From positions 25,572 to 89,571 of the forward strand of contig JAFDDB010000002.1 of the NCBI GenBank assembly GCA_019311115.1: a DNA stretch of 64,000 bases, written 5' to 3'. The notes beneath the pieces are model-generated. The model searched no databases. It was not told where the DNA came from and saw nothing but the letters and a program-made list of their open reading frames with translations. Position 1 is the first letter of the stretch, and each line of letters begins with the position of its first letter. The DNA comes from Deltaproteobacteria bacterium (GTDB lineage: Bacteria; Myxococcota_A; UBA9160; SZUA-336). Positions 8,919-17,388 of this stretch are shown piece by piece. The translations under genes were made by a program, and so were the position numbers.

Positions 8919-9737
8919 ATGGTAGAGCTCGACTACGCGCGTCTCGAGGCCTTCGCGCGCGACCGGAAGGGCGAGTTCGCGAGCGCCGACCCGTTTCCGC
9001 ACGTGGTGATCGACGACTTCCTGCCCCCGGACGACGCCGAGAAGGTGCTCGCCGAGTTCGCGGTGACCGAGTCCGGCTGGAACCACTACCACCACTACAA
9101 CGAGAAGAAGTTGGCGCTGACCGACGTGTCGCGGATGGGACCGCACACGCAGCAGGTGTTCGCCGCCCTGCAGGACGACCGGTTCGTCGCGTTCCTGGCT
9201 GCGCTCACGGGGATCGACGCGCTGATCTCGGACCCCGACCTCGACGGCGCCGGCATGCACCAGATCGTGCCGGGCGGCTTCCTGAACGTGCACACCGACT
9301 TCCTCTCGCACACGGTGAACTCGGACTGGAGCCGGCAGCTGAACCTGCTGGTCTACTTCAACAAGGACTGGCAGCCGCAGTGGAACGGCGCGCTCGAGCT
9401 CTGGGACGACGAGATGAGCCGCTGCGTCGAGTCCGTGGAGCCGGCCTTCAACCGCGCGGTGCTCTTCCACACGCAGTCCCGTTCCTTCCACGGCCACCCG
9501 CACCGCCTCGCCTGCCCCGACGGCGAGACGCGCAAGTCGATCGCCCTGTACTACTTCCGAGACGAGCACGAACGGCAGGCGCTCACGCCGACGAACTACC
9601 GCGCCATGCCAGACGATCCGGCCTACAAGCACGTGCTCGTCACGGTCGACCGTTGGCTGCTGCGCGTGTACTCGACGCTGAAGCGCTACACGGGTCTGCG
9701 CGACGGCATGATCGACCGTATTCTCGGGCGCTTCTGA
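8919..9737 (+). CDS. 2OG-Fe(II) oxygenase family protein (prolyl-4-hydroxylase-like)
   Basis: HxD...H facial triad (NVHTDF ... HGHPH) and an RxS motif (TRKSIALYY), with a jelly-roll layout. Confidence 0.65.
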   Translation: MVELDYARLEAFARDRKGEFASADPFPHVVIDDFLPPDDAEKVLAEFAVTESGWNHYHHYNEKKLALTDVSRMGPHTQQVFAALQDDRFVAFLAALTGIDALISDPDLDGAGMHQIVPGGFLNVHTDFLSHTVNSDWSRQLNLLVYFNKDWQPQWNGALELWDDEMSRCVESVEPAFNRAVLFHTQSRSFHGHPHRLACPDGETRKSIALYYFRDEHERQALTPTNYRAMPDDPAYKHVLVTVDRWLLRVYSTLKRYTGLRDGMIDRILGRF

Positions 9738-9742
9738 AGCGC

Positions 9743-10624
9743 GTGAACCTCTCCGGCATCATCGCGGCAGGCTGCGCGCTGGGGCTCGCGGCCGCCACGG
9801 CCGGCTGCCTCGGCGACCGGCGTCCCCCGCTCGCCGCCGCCGCGCAGGATGGGGACCTCGCAGCCTTGCGCCGCGCGATCGCCGCGGGCGAGCCCGTCGA
9901 CGAGCCCGTGGCGCTGCGCACCCTCTACAGTCCCAAGAACCCGCCCATGCGGACCCCGTTGCAGCTGGCGGCGGTCTGGAGCCGGGCCGAGGCGGTGCGC
10001 GTCCTGCTCGCGGCGGGAGCCCGGCCCGACCGGACCGAGGTGCGCAGCCAGAAGCGGACGGCGCTCCACCTGGCACTCGAGTACGCCGACGACGAGACGG
10101 TCGGCGCGCTGGTCGAGGGAGGTGCCCGCCTGCGCGCGCCGAACCGCCGCGGCGAGACCCCGCTGCACTATGCCGCCCTCTTCGACCGGCCGGAGCCGGC
10201 GCGGTGGCTGCTCGAGCTCGGCGCGCAGGTCGACGAGCGCGACGAGTTCGGGTACACGGCACTCCACCTGGCGGCGGACCGCGGGTCGCTCCGGACCGCC
10301 GAGGTACTGATCGACAGCGGCGCGGGCGTCAACCTGCGCGGGCGCAGCAACATCGCGCCGCTGCACACGGCCGCGCAGTACGGAGACGTGGCAATGGCGA
10401 GCCTGCTGCTCTCCGCGGGCGCCCGCGTCGACGCCCGGGACCGCGAGGGCTGGACGGCCCTGCACTTCGCAGCCGCGCGCGGCGACGCGGCGACAGTCGC
10501 CCTGCTCCTGGAACACGGCGCGCGTACGGATCGCCGCGAGCGCCGAGGCCAGACAGCGCTCGACCTGGCGCGCGCCGAGGGCGCCGACGCCACCGCAGCA
10601 CTGCTCGACAGCACGGCTCCCTAG
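9743..10624 (+). CDS. ankyrin-repeat lipoprotein
   Basis: GTG start 6 nt after the upstream stop. N-terminus is NLSGIIAAGCALGLAAATAGC, a signal peptide with lipobox. It is followed by about 7 ankyrin repeats (TPLHxAAxxGxxxxVxxLLxxGA). Confidence 0.7.
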   Translation: MNLSGIIAAGCALGLAAATAGCLGDRRPPLAAAAQDGDLAALRRAIAAGEPVDEPVALRTLYSPKNPPMRTPLQLAAVWSRAEAVRVLLAAGARPDRTEVRSQKRTALHLALEYADDETVGALVEGGARLRAPNRRGETPLHYAALFDRPEPARWLLELGAQVDERDEFGYTALHLAADRGSLRTAEVLIDSGAGVNLRGRSNIAPLHTAAQYGDVAMASLLLSAGARVDARDREGWTALHFAAARGDAATVALLLEHGARTDRRERRGQTALDLARAEGADATAALLDSTAP

Positions 10625-10665
10625 TAACTACTCGAAAGACGTGCAGAGGCGGTCGGCCCCGGCGC

Positions 10666-11316
10666 TCAGCCGCGCATGCCTCCCGCCACGGCCACGGGGT
10701 GCAGACTGGCCTCGGCGCTCGGTCGCGAGCCGACGCGCTCGGACCACGCGCCGACGCGCTTCAGCGACGGGTCGAGCGGCTGTCCCACGCCCGGGCCGAA
10801 GTCGGTGATCGCGTACAGCACGATGTCGGCCAGCGTCAGTCGGTTGCCCGCCACGAAGTCACGGCCCTCGAGCCAGCCGTCCAGCCGCTCCAGGTTCTCG
10901 CGCGCGATCGCCTTCAAGTCGTCGGCGGCCTGCGGGATCACGTGGAGCCGGTCCTTGAAGATGTCGAGGCCCTCGCCGTAGCGGAAGCCGTTGGCCAGGG
11001 GCTCGGTGATGTTCAGCTCGATCCGCCGCGTCCACATCCGCGTCTCGGCGCGCTCCTGCGGGCTGGAGCCGATCAGCGCGGGGTCCGGGTGGATCTCCTC
11101 GAGGTACTCGCAGATCGGCACGGTCTCGGCGATCACCGTTCCGTCGTCGAGCTCGAGCGACGGCATCTGTCCGGTCGGGTTCTTCTCCATGTAGGCCGGC
11201 TCACGGTTCGCGCCGGCCATCAGGTCTACCTCTTCGAACGGGATCTCGATCCCCTTCTCGAGCATGAACATGCGGACGAGCCGCGGATTCGGACCCAGCG
11301 AGTTGTAGAACTTCAC
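10666..11316 (-). CDS. glutathione S-transferase
   Basis: GST N- and C-terminal domains (MKFYNSLGPNPRLVRMFMLEKGI...). GTG start with AGGAGG located 7 nt upstream. Confidence 0.8.
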   Translation of the reverse strand: MKFYNSLGPNPRLVRMFMLEKGIEIPFEEVDLMAGANREPAYMEKNPTGQMPSLELDDGTVIAETVPICEYLEEIHPDPALIGSSPQERAETRMWTRRIELNITEPLANGFRYGEGLDIFKDRLHVIPQAADDLKAIARENLERLDGWLEGRDFVAGNRLTLADIVLYAITDFGPGVGQPLDPSLKRVGAWSERVGSRPSAEASLHPVAVAGGMRG

Positions 11317-11377
11317 GGTGTGCCTCCTCAGGTTGCGCGCAGCATATCCGGTCGGGGGCCGCGAGGTACACTGCGGA

Positions 11378-12640
11378 ATGGGCCGAACCATGGCGGAGAA
11401 GATCCTGTCGCGCGCCGCCGACGCACCCGACGCCCGGGCCGGCGACTACGTGACCGCGCGCGCCGACCGCGTCATGGCCCACGAGGCGTTCACGGTCTGT
11501 GCGCTGCAGCTTCGCCGGCTCGGCATCGACCGCGTCTTCGATCCCGAGCGCGTGCTGGTGATCCTGGACCACTACTTCCCGGCGCCGACCGAGCAGATGG
11601 CGCGAGGCCATGTGATCGCGCGCAGCCTGTCGGAGCAGTTCGGGCTGAAGCACTTCCTCGGCCACGCCGGCATCTGCCACCAGGTGCTGACCGAGCGGGG
11701 ACACGTGCTGCCGGGCCAGCTCGTCTTCGGCACCGACTCGCACAGCACCACCTACGGCGCCATCGGAGCGGCGGGAACGGGCATCGGCCTGACCGAGATG
11801 ACGTGGGTGCTGGCCACCGGCGAGCTCTGGCTGCTCGTCCCGCCGACGGTTCGCTTCGTGCTCGACGGGACGCTCGGCGACGCGGTGATGTCGAAGGACG
11901 TCGTACTCTGGCTGGCGGGCCGGTTCGGCACGGAGGTCGCGCAATACCGCGCCATCGAGTTCGCGGGTCCGCTGGCCGCCGGCATGAGCGTCGCCAGCCG
12001 CATGACGATGGCGAACATGGGAGTCGAGCTGGGCGCGAAGTTCGCGTTCTTCGAGGCCGACGACGTGACCCTGGCCTACCTGCGCAGCCGCGCACCGGCC
12101 GCGTCGGCGGGCGTCGAGGCCTTCGGCCCAGATGAGGATGCCGAGTACGAGGCCGTCCACGCGGTCGACGTGAGCGGTCTCGAGCCCCAGATCGCCTGCC
12201 CGCACAATCCGGGCAACGTGCGCCCCGTGTCCGAGGTCGCGGGCACGCCCGTACACCAGGCGTTCCTGGGCTCGTGCACCAACGCGCGTCTCGAGGACCT
12301 GGAGGTGGCGGCGCGGATCCTGAAGGGCCGGCGCGTGCACCCCGCGACGCGGCTGCTGGTCACCCCGGCCTCCCAGCAGGTCGCGGTCGACGCCGCCCGC
12401 GAGGGCGTGCTCGAGACCCTGCTCGAGGCGGGCGCGCACGTCACGGCCTCGGGCTGCGGCGCCTGTCCTGGCGGGCACGGCGGGCTGATCGCCGGCGGAG
12501 AGGTCTGCATCTCGTCGACCAACCGGAACTTCCGTGGCCGCATGGGCAGCGCCGACGCCGAGGTCTACCTGGGCTCGCCCGCCAGCGTGGCGGCCGCCGC
12601 CGTCGCCGGGAAGATCGTCGACCCGAGGGAACTGTGGTGA
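11378..12640 (+). CDS. leuC: 3-isopropylmalate/homoaconitate/methylmalate dehydratase large subunit (archaeal-type small LeuC)
   Basis: Aconitase-family catalytic motifs MAEKIL, GICHQV, GTDSHSTTYGA, CTNARLEDL and STNRNFRGRMG; about 420 aa. The start is MGRTMAEK at 11378 or MAEK at 11390. Confidence 0.8.
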   Translation: MGRTMAEKILSRAADAPDARAGDYVTARADRVMAHEAFTVCALQLRRLGIDRVFDPERVLVILDHYFPAPTEQMARGHVIARSLSEQFGLKHFLGHAGICHQVLTERGHVLPGQLVFGTDSHSTTYGAIGAAGTGIGLTEMTWVLATGELWLLVPPTVRFVLDGTLGDAVMSKDVVLWLAGRFGTEVAQYRAIEFAGPLAAGMSVASRMTMANMGVELGAKFAFFEADDVTLAYLRSRAPAASAGVEAFGPDEDAEYEAVHAVDVSGLEPQIACPHNPGNVRPVSEVAGTPVHQAFLGSCTNARLEDLEVAARILKGRRVHPATRLLVTPASQQVAVDAAREGVLETLLEAGAHVTASGCGACPGGHGGLIAGGEVCISSTNRNFRGRMGSADAEVYLGSPASVAAAAVAGKIVDPRELW

Positions 12641-13143
12641 GCGAGGCTCCTCACAGCGTGCGGGGCCGGGTCTGGAAGTTCGGCGACAACGTCGACACCG
12701 ACGTGATGGCGCCGTGGAACACGATCTCGCTCCCCTGGGAGGAACGGCGCAAGTCGGTGCTGCACGTTCGGCCCGAGTTCGCCGAGCAGGCCGCGCCGGG
12801 CGACCTGATCGTCGCGGGCCGGAACTGGGGCTGTGGCTCGAGCCGCGAGCACGCGCCCGAGAACCTGAAACTGCTCGGCATCGGCGGCGTCGTCGCGGAG
12901 TCGTTCGGACGCATCTACTTCCGCAACTGCGTCGCGATCGCGTTCCCGAACCTGGCATGTCCGGGCATCGCGCAGGCCTGCGAAGAAGGCGACGACCTGG
13001 AGTTCGACGTGGCGAGCGGTGCGGTGCGCAACCACACGCGCGGCGTCGAGCTTTCGGGCGCCGCCTACACACCCGACATGCTGGCGATCCTCGAGCGCGG
13101 CGGCCTGCTCGAGATGCTGAAGGAGCGCTTCAGCGCGGCTTGA
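12634..13143 (+). CDS. leuD: 3-isopropylmalate dehydratase small subunit (LeuD-type swivel domain)
   Basis: GTG start overlapping the leuC stop (GTGA). Motifs GDNVDTD and GRNWGCGSSREHA match the aconitase C-terminal swivel domain. Confidence 0.75.
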   Translation: MVSEAPHSVRGRVWKFGDNVDTDVMAPWNTISLPWEERRKSVLHVRPEFAEQAAPGDLIVAGRNWGCGSSREHAPENLKLLGIGGVVAESFGRIYFRNCVAIAFPNLACPGIAQACEEGDDLEFDVASGAVRNHTRGVELSGAAYTPDMLAILERGGLLEMLKERFSAA

Positions 13144-13152
13144 AGGGCTCCG

Positions 13153-14241
13153 ATGAGCCCCCCGGGAACGCCCGGGGACGCGTGCATGAGCGACAACGAC
13201 TTCAGCCAGGTCTGCCTCGCCTTCGGCGCACTGGCGGTCTTCCTGGGCTTCCAGACGCTTCGCCGCTACCGGATCATCCAGAATACGCCGACGTCGCGGA
13301 TCCGCTCGATGGCGGCCGGACCCGTCGAGCTCTGCGGCCGGATCGACCCCAGCCCGACGCTCGTGTCACCGCTGACCGCGACGCCCTGCGCGTGGTGGTC
13401 GATCCGCATCGAGAAGTACCGCGGCGGCCGGAGCCCCTGGCTGGAGGTCGCGCGCGAGGACTCGAGCGCCTGCCCGCTCCGCCTGGCGGACGAGACCGGC
13501 GAGACGCCGCTCGACCTGACGGATCTGGCGGTGACCCCGACGCACTCGGACTGCAAGCAGTCGCGGCGTCCGCACCGATCGGACCGCCGCATGGCGCGCC
13601 TGCTCCAGCTGCACGGCCTGCTTCCCACGCGCCGCCTGCGCGTGACCGAACAGCGCGTCCACGCGGGCGAACTCGTCTTCCTGCACGGCGTGCTGCGCGT
13701 GGCGGGCGACGTGGCGGCGACCCGGGGGCGCATCGCGCGGCTCAGGTCGCTACGCGACACCTTCGCCGACGCCCCTGCCCCCGAAGTGGTACGCGCCGAG
13801 GCGTCGAACCCACGCGCGCTGCGCGCGGCGATGGCGCGCAGGCTGCGCGCGCTCAAGCGCGAGAGCCTGGCGGAGACGGGTGCGAGGCGCATCTCGCCCG
13901 CGGCGCTGGCGGAACTGCGCGCGCGCGCGCGCGACCAGGTGAACAGCGAGCGCGCCGAGGCGTCGGGCGCGCTGGCGCGGCTCGACGCGCTCTCCCGCGG
14001 GTGGTTCGACGAGTCGAAGGCCGCGTCAAGCGAGGCGCGCGTCGCCGCCCTGCTGCTCCGGGATCCGCGCTGGGCAGCGGAGGCGGCCACCCTCGTCGGA
14101 AGTGACCCCCTGGGACAGGCGGCCGGCTTCCTGCAGCCGGGGAACGAGTCGCAGGCGCTCGCCGCGCACCGCTGGGGGCTGACCGCGATCGCCGCTGGCG
14201 TGCTGGCGATCTCCGCCGGACTGGTCGCGTTCGCGCTCTAG
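13153..14241 (+). CDS. hypothetical membrane protein with N- and C-terminal TM helices (possibly GIDE-like)
   Basis: TM helix near residues 15-35 (VCLAFGALAVFLGF) and another at the C-terminus (LTAIAAGVLAISAGLVAFAL). The motif RIIQNTPTSRIRSMAAGPVELCGRI resembles bacterial GIDE/DUF family N-termini. It converges on a LemA gene. Confidence 0.45.
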   Translation: MSPPGTPGDACMSDNDFSQVCLAFGALAVFLGFQTLRRYRIIQNTPTSRIRSMAAGPVELCGRIDPSPTLVSPLTATPCAWWSIRIEKYRGGRSPWLEVAREDSSACPLRLADETGETPLDLTDLAVTPTHSDCKQSRRPHRSDRRMARLLQLHGLLPTRRLRVTEQRVHAGELVFLHGVLRVAGDVAATRGRIARLRSLRDTFADAPAPEVVRAEASNPRALRAAMARRLRALKRESLAETGARRISPAALAELRARARDQVNSERAEASGALARLDALSRGWFDESKAASSEARVAALLLRDPRWAAEAATLVGSDPLGQAAGFLQPGNESQALAAHRWGLTAIAAGVLAISAGLVAFAL

Positions 14242-14242
14242 C

Positions 14243-14800
14243 TCAGAACGAGATCCGGACGTCGGCGCGGTCCGCCCTGGAGACCTCGAACAGGTCCGCG
14301 GCGGAGTAGGTGAGGAACCGGGCCACGAACAGGTCCGGCAGCTGCTCGATCCGCACGTTGTAGGCGTTGACGCTGTGGTTGTAGAACTCGCGGCGGTCCG
14401 CGATCTGCTCCTCGAGCGCCGAGATCCGCTCCTGCAGCCCCGAGAAGGCGCCGTCGGCCTTGAGTTCCGGGTAGTTCTCGGCGACCGCGAAGAGCCGCGA
14501 GAGCGCCTGCTGGACCGCGCCGTCGGCGTCGCCCTTCTCGTTCACGGTCTGCGCGCCGGCGAACCGCGTGCGGGCTTCGGTGAGCCCGGTGAGCACCTCG
14601 CGCTCGTGCTGCATGTAGCCCTTTACCGTCTCGACGAGCTTGGGAAGCTCGTCGTGGCGCTGCTTCAAGAGCACGTCGATGTTCGCCCACGCCCGCTCCA
14701 TGGCGTGCGAGAGCGAGACGAGCCCGTTGTAGATCACCACGCCGTAGCCGAGGACCGCGGCCGCGGTGACGAGCACGATGCCGAAGACTGCCAGGCCCAT
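14243..14800 (-). CDS. LemA family protein
   Basis: 185-aa product with N-terminal TM (MGLAVFGIVLVTAAAVLGYGVVIYN) and a LemA core (WANIDVLLKQRHDELPKLVETVKGYMQHE...FYNHSVNAYN). The N-terminal 190 codons of the listed ORF are spurious. Confidence 0.8.
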   Translation of the reverse strand: MGLAVFGIVLVTAAAVLGYGVVIYNGLVSLSHAMERAWANIDVLLKQRHDELPKLVETVKGYMQHEREVLTGLTEARTRFAGAQTVNEKGDADGAVQQALSRLFAVAENYPELKADGAFSGLQERISALEEQIADRREFYNHSVNAYNVRIEQLPDLFVARFLTYSAADLFEVSRADRADVRISF

Positions 14801-14978
14801 GTGTACCCCCTGCCGAAGCGCCCTCGCCGGCTCCCGCAGAGGCGGGAGGGCGACGGGCAGGGAGGCGTATCGGCCGGGCGGCAGTCGGGCTTGAGCGTCC
14901 CGCGCCGGCCGACGCGCCCGGGCCGGAGCGGGGAATCCCCCTACAGGTCGCGCGCCGGGACGCCGAAATGCACCCAGG

Positions 14979-16154
14979 ATGAGTACCCCTCCGTCAGTAC
15001 TGCTGCTCGACGATGGCGAACTCGACCGCTTCGCGGCCGCGCTGCGCCACATCGGGGTCGACTTCGTACACCTGCGGGGCCGCCAGATCGGGGCGGTCGT
15101 GGAGTGTCCGACCGACCTGCTGATCGCTTCGCTCCCCCGGACGGTAGAGCCTCCGGAGCTCGAGCCACCGGCCACCTCGACCGAGTACCCGATCCGCATC
15201 TGCGTGCACCAGCAGGACTTCCTGCCGCTGCGCGAGCGGCTGCGGAAGCTCGGCACGCACTTCCTCATCCACTCGCAGGTCGACAGCGAGTCGCTGCGGC
15301 TGCTCGTGCTGCAGATCCTCCACCAGGGGGCCGAGCAGCGCGGCGCGCAGCGCCTGCCCTTCGGCTCCGAGGTCATCTACTGGGCGGACGGCGACCGGCA
15401 CACGGGCCTGCTGTCCGAGCTGTCGGTCGAGAGCTGCCGGCTGGTCACGGGCTCGCCGCTGCGCCCCGACACGCCGGTCCGGCTGAAGCTTCCCCGCGAG
15501 CTCGTCCACCGCGCAGTCGAGCTGACGGCCCTGGCGGTGCGGTGCACTCCGTGTGAGCTGAGCCAGGACCTCAACGGCTACAACGTGGTCCTGGAGTTCT
15601 CGAACGTCGCGCACGAAGTCCAGGCCATGCTCGAGCAGACGCTCGCCGGTCGTCAACTCGGAACGCGCGTGACCCCGCTCTCGCCCGTCCCCACCCTGCT
15701 CGACCGCGCCGAGTCGAAGCCCGAGGACGGCGACCCGGATGACGAGGAAGTGCCGGAGATCATGTTGGACCGGCGCCGCCATGACCGGCACCTGTACGCC
15801 CGGCGCATCGCGGCGCTTACGACCGGAAACGCCGACGCGCCTCAGGTCGTGCTGGGCCGCGACCTGTCGATCTCCGGCATCCGGATCGCCCAGCACCCGG
15901 ATCTCGAGGTCGGCTCCAGGCTGGCGCTGGCCATCTACGGCAGCGAGGGTTCCGACCCCGTCGTGCTCGAGGCCCAAGTCGCCAACGACATGGGGGACGA
16001 GGGCCTCGGCCTCCGCTTCACCGGCGTCACCGCCGCCAACCGCCGCGACCTCGAGACGGTGCTCGGCGAGCTTCCCGCGCTCGAGACGCTCGACGGCGAG
16101 AACACGCACCCCGACCGTCTCTTCCTGTCGAAGGTGCTGCCCTCGAAAGACTGA
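14979..16154 (+). CDS. PilZ domain protein with degenerate N-terminal receiver-like domain
   Basis: C-terminal PilZ motif RRRHDRHLYARRI...DLSISGIRI (RxxxR...DxSxxG). The central region is a second PilZ-like domain. The N-terminal MSTPPSVLLLDDGELDRF resembles a REC domain. Confidence 0.6.
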   Translation: MSTPPSVLLLDDGELDRFAAALRHIGVDFVHLRGRQIGAVVECPTDLLIASLPRTVEPPELEPPATSTEYPIRICVHQQDFLPLRERLRKLGTHFLIHSQVDSESLRLLVLQILHQGAEQRGAQRLPFGSEVIYWADGDRHTGLLSELSVESCRLVTGSPLRPDTPVRLKLPRELVHRAVELTALAVRCTPCELSQDLNGYNVVLEFSNVAHEVQAMLEQTLAGRQLGTRVTPLSPVPTLLDRAESKPEDGDPDDEEVPEIMLDRRRHDRHLYARRIAALTTGNADAPQVVLGRDLSISGIRIAQHPDLEVGSRLALAIYGSEGSDPVVLEAQVANDMGDEGLGLRFTGVTAANRRDLETVLGELPALETLDGENTHPDRLFLSKVLPSKD

Positions 16155-16166
16155 GCGCGGCCGCGC

Positions 16167-17381
16167 CTACGGGGTCGGCGGACCGCTCGGGATCTGGTTG
16201 AACGGGACGCCCTTGTCGACCCGCGGCTCGGTCGGCAGCCGCAGGACCCGCCGCGCGATGATGTCCCGCATGATCTCGTCGGTGCCGCCCGCGATCCGCA
16301 TTCCGGGCGAGCCCAGGTACGAGTCCTGGCAGCCGAAGTCGCGGTCGATCAGGACTCCGGCGGAGCCCTGCAGGTCGATTCCGAACGAGGCCAACTCCTG
16401 CATCATCGGCGCGCCCACGAGCTTGCCGATCGAGGCCTCGGGTCCCGGGATCGATCCGCGCGAGATCGCCGTCTGCGTCCGGTAGCCCGTGTACTTGAGC
16501 CCCGAGGCGCGCACGTAGAAGTCGGCGATCCGCTGGCGGACGCTCGAGTCGTCGAGCCGCCCCACCTTCTTGGCGAGTCCGAGCAGGTCCTCCGCGCGCA
16601 GTCCGCCGCCGCCGCCACCGATCGACGCGCGCTCGTTCATGAGCGTCGTGGTGGCGCCGCGCCAGCCGTCACCGACCGCGCCCACGCGCAGCGAGTCCGG
16701 CGTGCGCACGTCGCTGAAGAACACCTCGTTGAAGCCCGAGGCCCCGTTGATCTGCTTGATCGGACGGATCTCGATGCCGGGCGACTCCATGTCGACGATC
16801 AGGTAGGTGAGCCCGTCGTGCTTCGCCGCGTTGGGGTCGCTCCGCGTGATGACCATGCCCCACTTGCAGTACGTGGCGCCGGTCGTCCAGATCTTCTGGC
16901 CGTTGATCACCCAGTCGTCGCCGTCGCGCACGGCCGAGGTCCGGAGTCCGGCCAGGTCCGAGCCAGCCGCCGGCTCGCTGAAGAGCTGGCACCAGATGTC
17001 GTCGCCGCGCGCCATCCTGGCGAGGAACCGCTCCTTCTGCTCGTCGGTTCCGTGCGCCATGATCGTCGGGCCCATCATGCCGAGGCCGATGCTGAATACG
17101 TTCGGGGGCGTGCGGTACTTGCCCTCTTCCTGGTTCCAGACCACGCTCTCGAGCGAGCTCAGGCCCTGACCGCCGTACTCCTTGGGCCAGGTCAGGCACG
17201 CCCAGCCGTTGTCCTTCTTCAGCGCCTGCCAGGCCTGCGACTTCTTGATCAGGTCGGGGTCGTCGCGCTCCATGAAGCCCGCCGCGGACTCACCGGGGGC
17301 GAGCCGCTCCGCGTGCTCGTCGAGAAATGCGCGCGCCTTCGCCCTGAACTCCGCCTCTGCCGGGGTGTCTTTGAAATCCAT
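16167..17381 (-). CDS. acyl-CoA dehydrogenase family protein
   Basis: Conserved ACAD N-terminal, middle and C-terminal domains (GDDWVINGQKIWTTGA). It pairs with the next ACAD gene 7 nt upstream. Confidence 0.8.
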   Translation of the reverse strand: MDFKDTPAEAEFRAKARAFLDEHAERLAPGESAAGFMERDDPDLIKKSQAWQALKKDNGWACLTWPKEYGGQGLSSLESVVWNQEEGKYRTPPNVFSIGLGMMGPTIMAHGTDEQKERFLARMARGDDIWCQLFSEPAAGSDLAGLRTSAVRDGDDWVINGQKIWTTGATYCKWGMVITRSDPNAAKHDGLTYLIVDMESPGIEIRPIKQINGASGFNEVFFSDVRTPDSLRVGAVGDGWRGATTTLMNERASIGGGGGGLRAEDLLGLAKKVGRLDDSSVRQRIADFYVRASGLKYTGYRTQTAISRGSIPGPEASIGKLVGAPMMQELASFGIDLQGSAGVLIDRDFGCQDSYLGSPGMRIAGGTDEIMRDIIARRVLRLPTEPRVDKGVPFNQIPSGPPTP

Positions 17382-17388
17382 GTCTTCC

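Noticed and set aside
10204-13072. ORFs 10204-12135 (+, 643 aa) and 11201-13072 (-, 623 aa)
   Set aside because: They overlap the well-supported GST, leuC and leuD genes, and their products are low-complexity.
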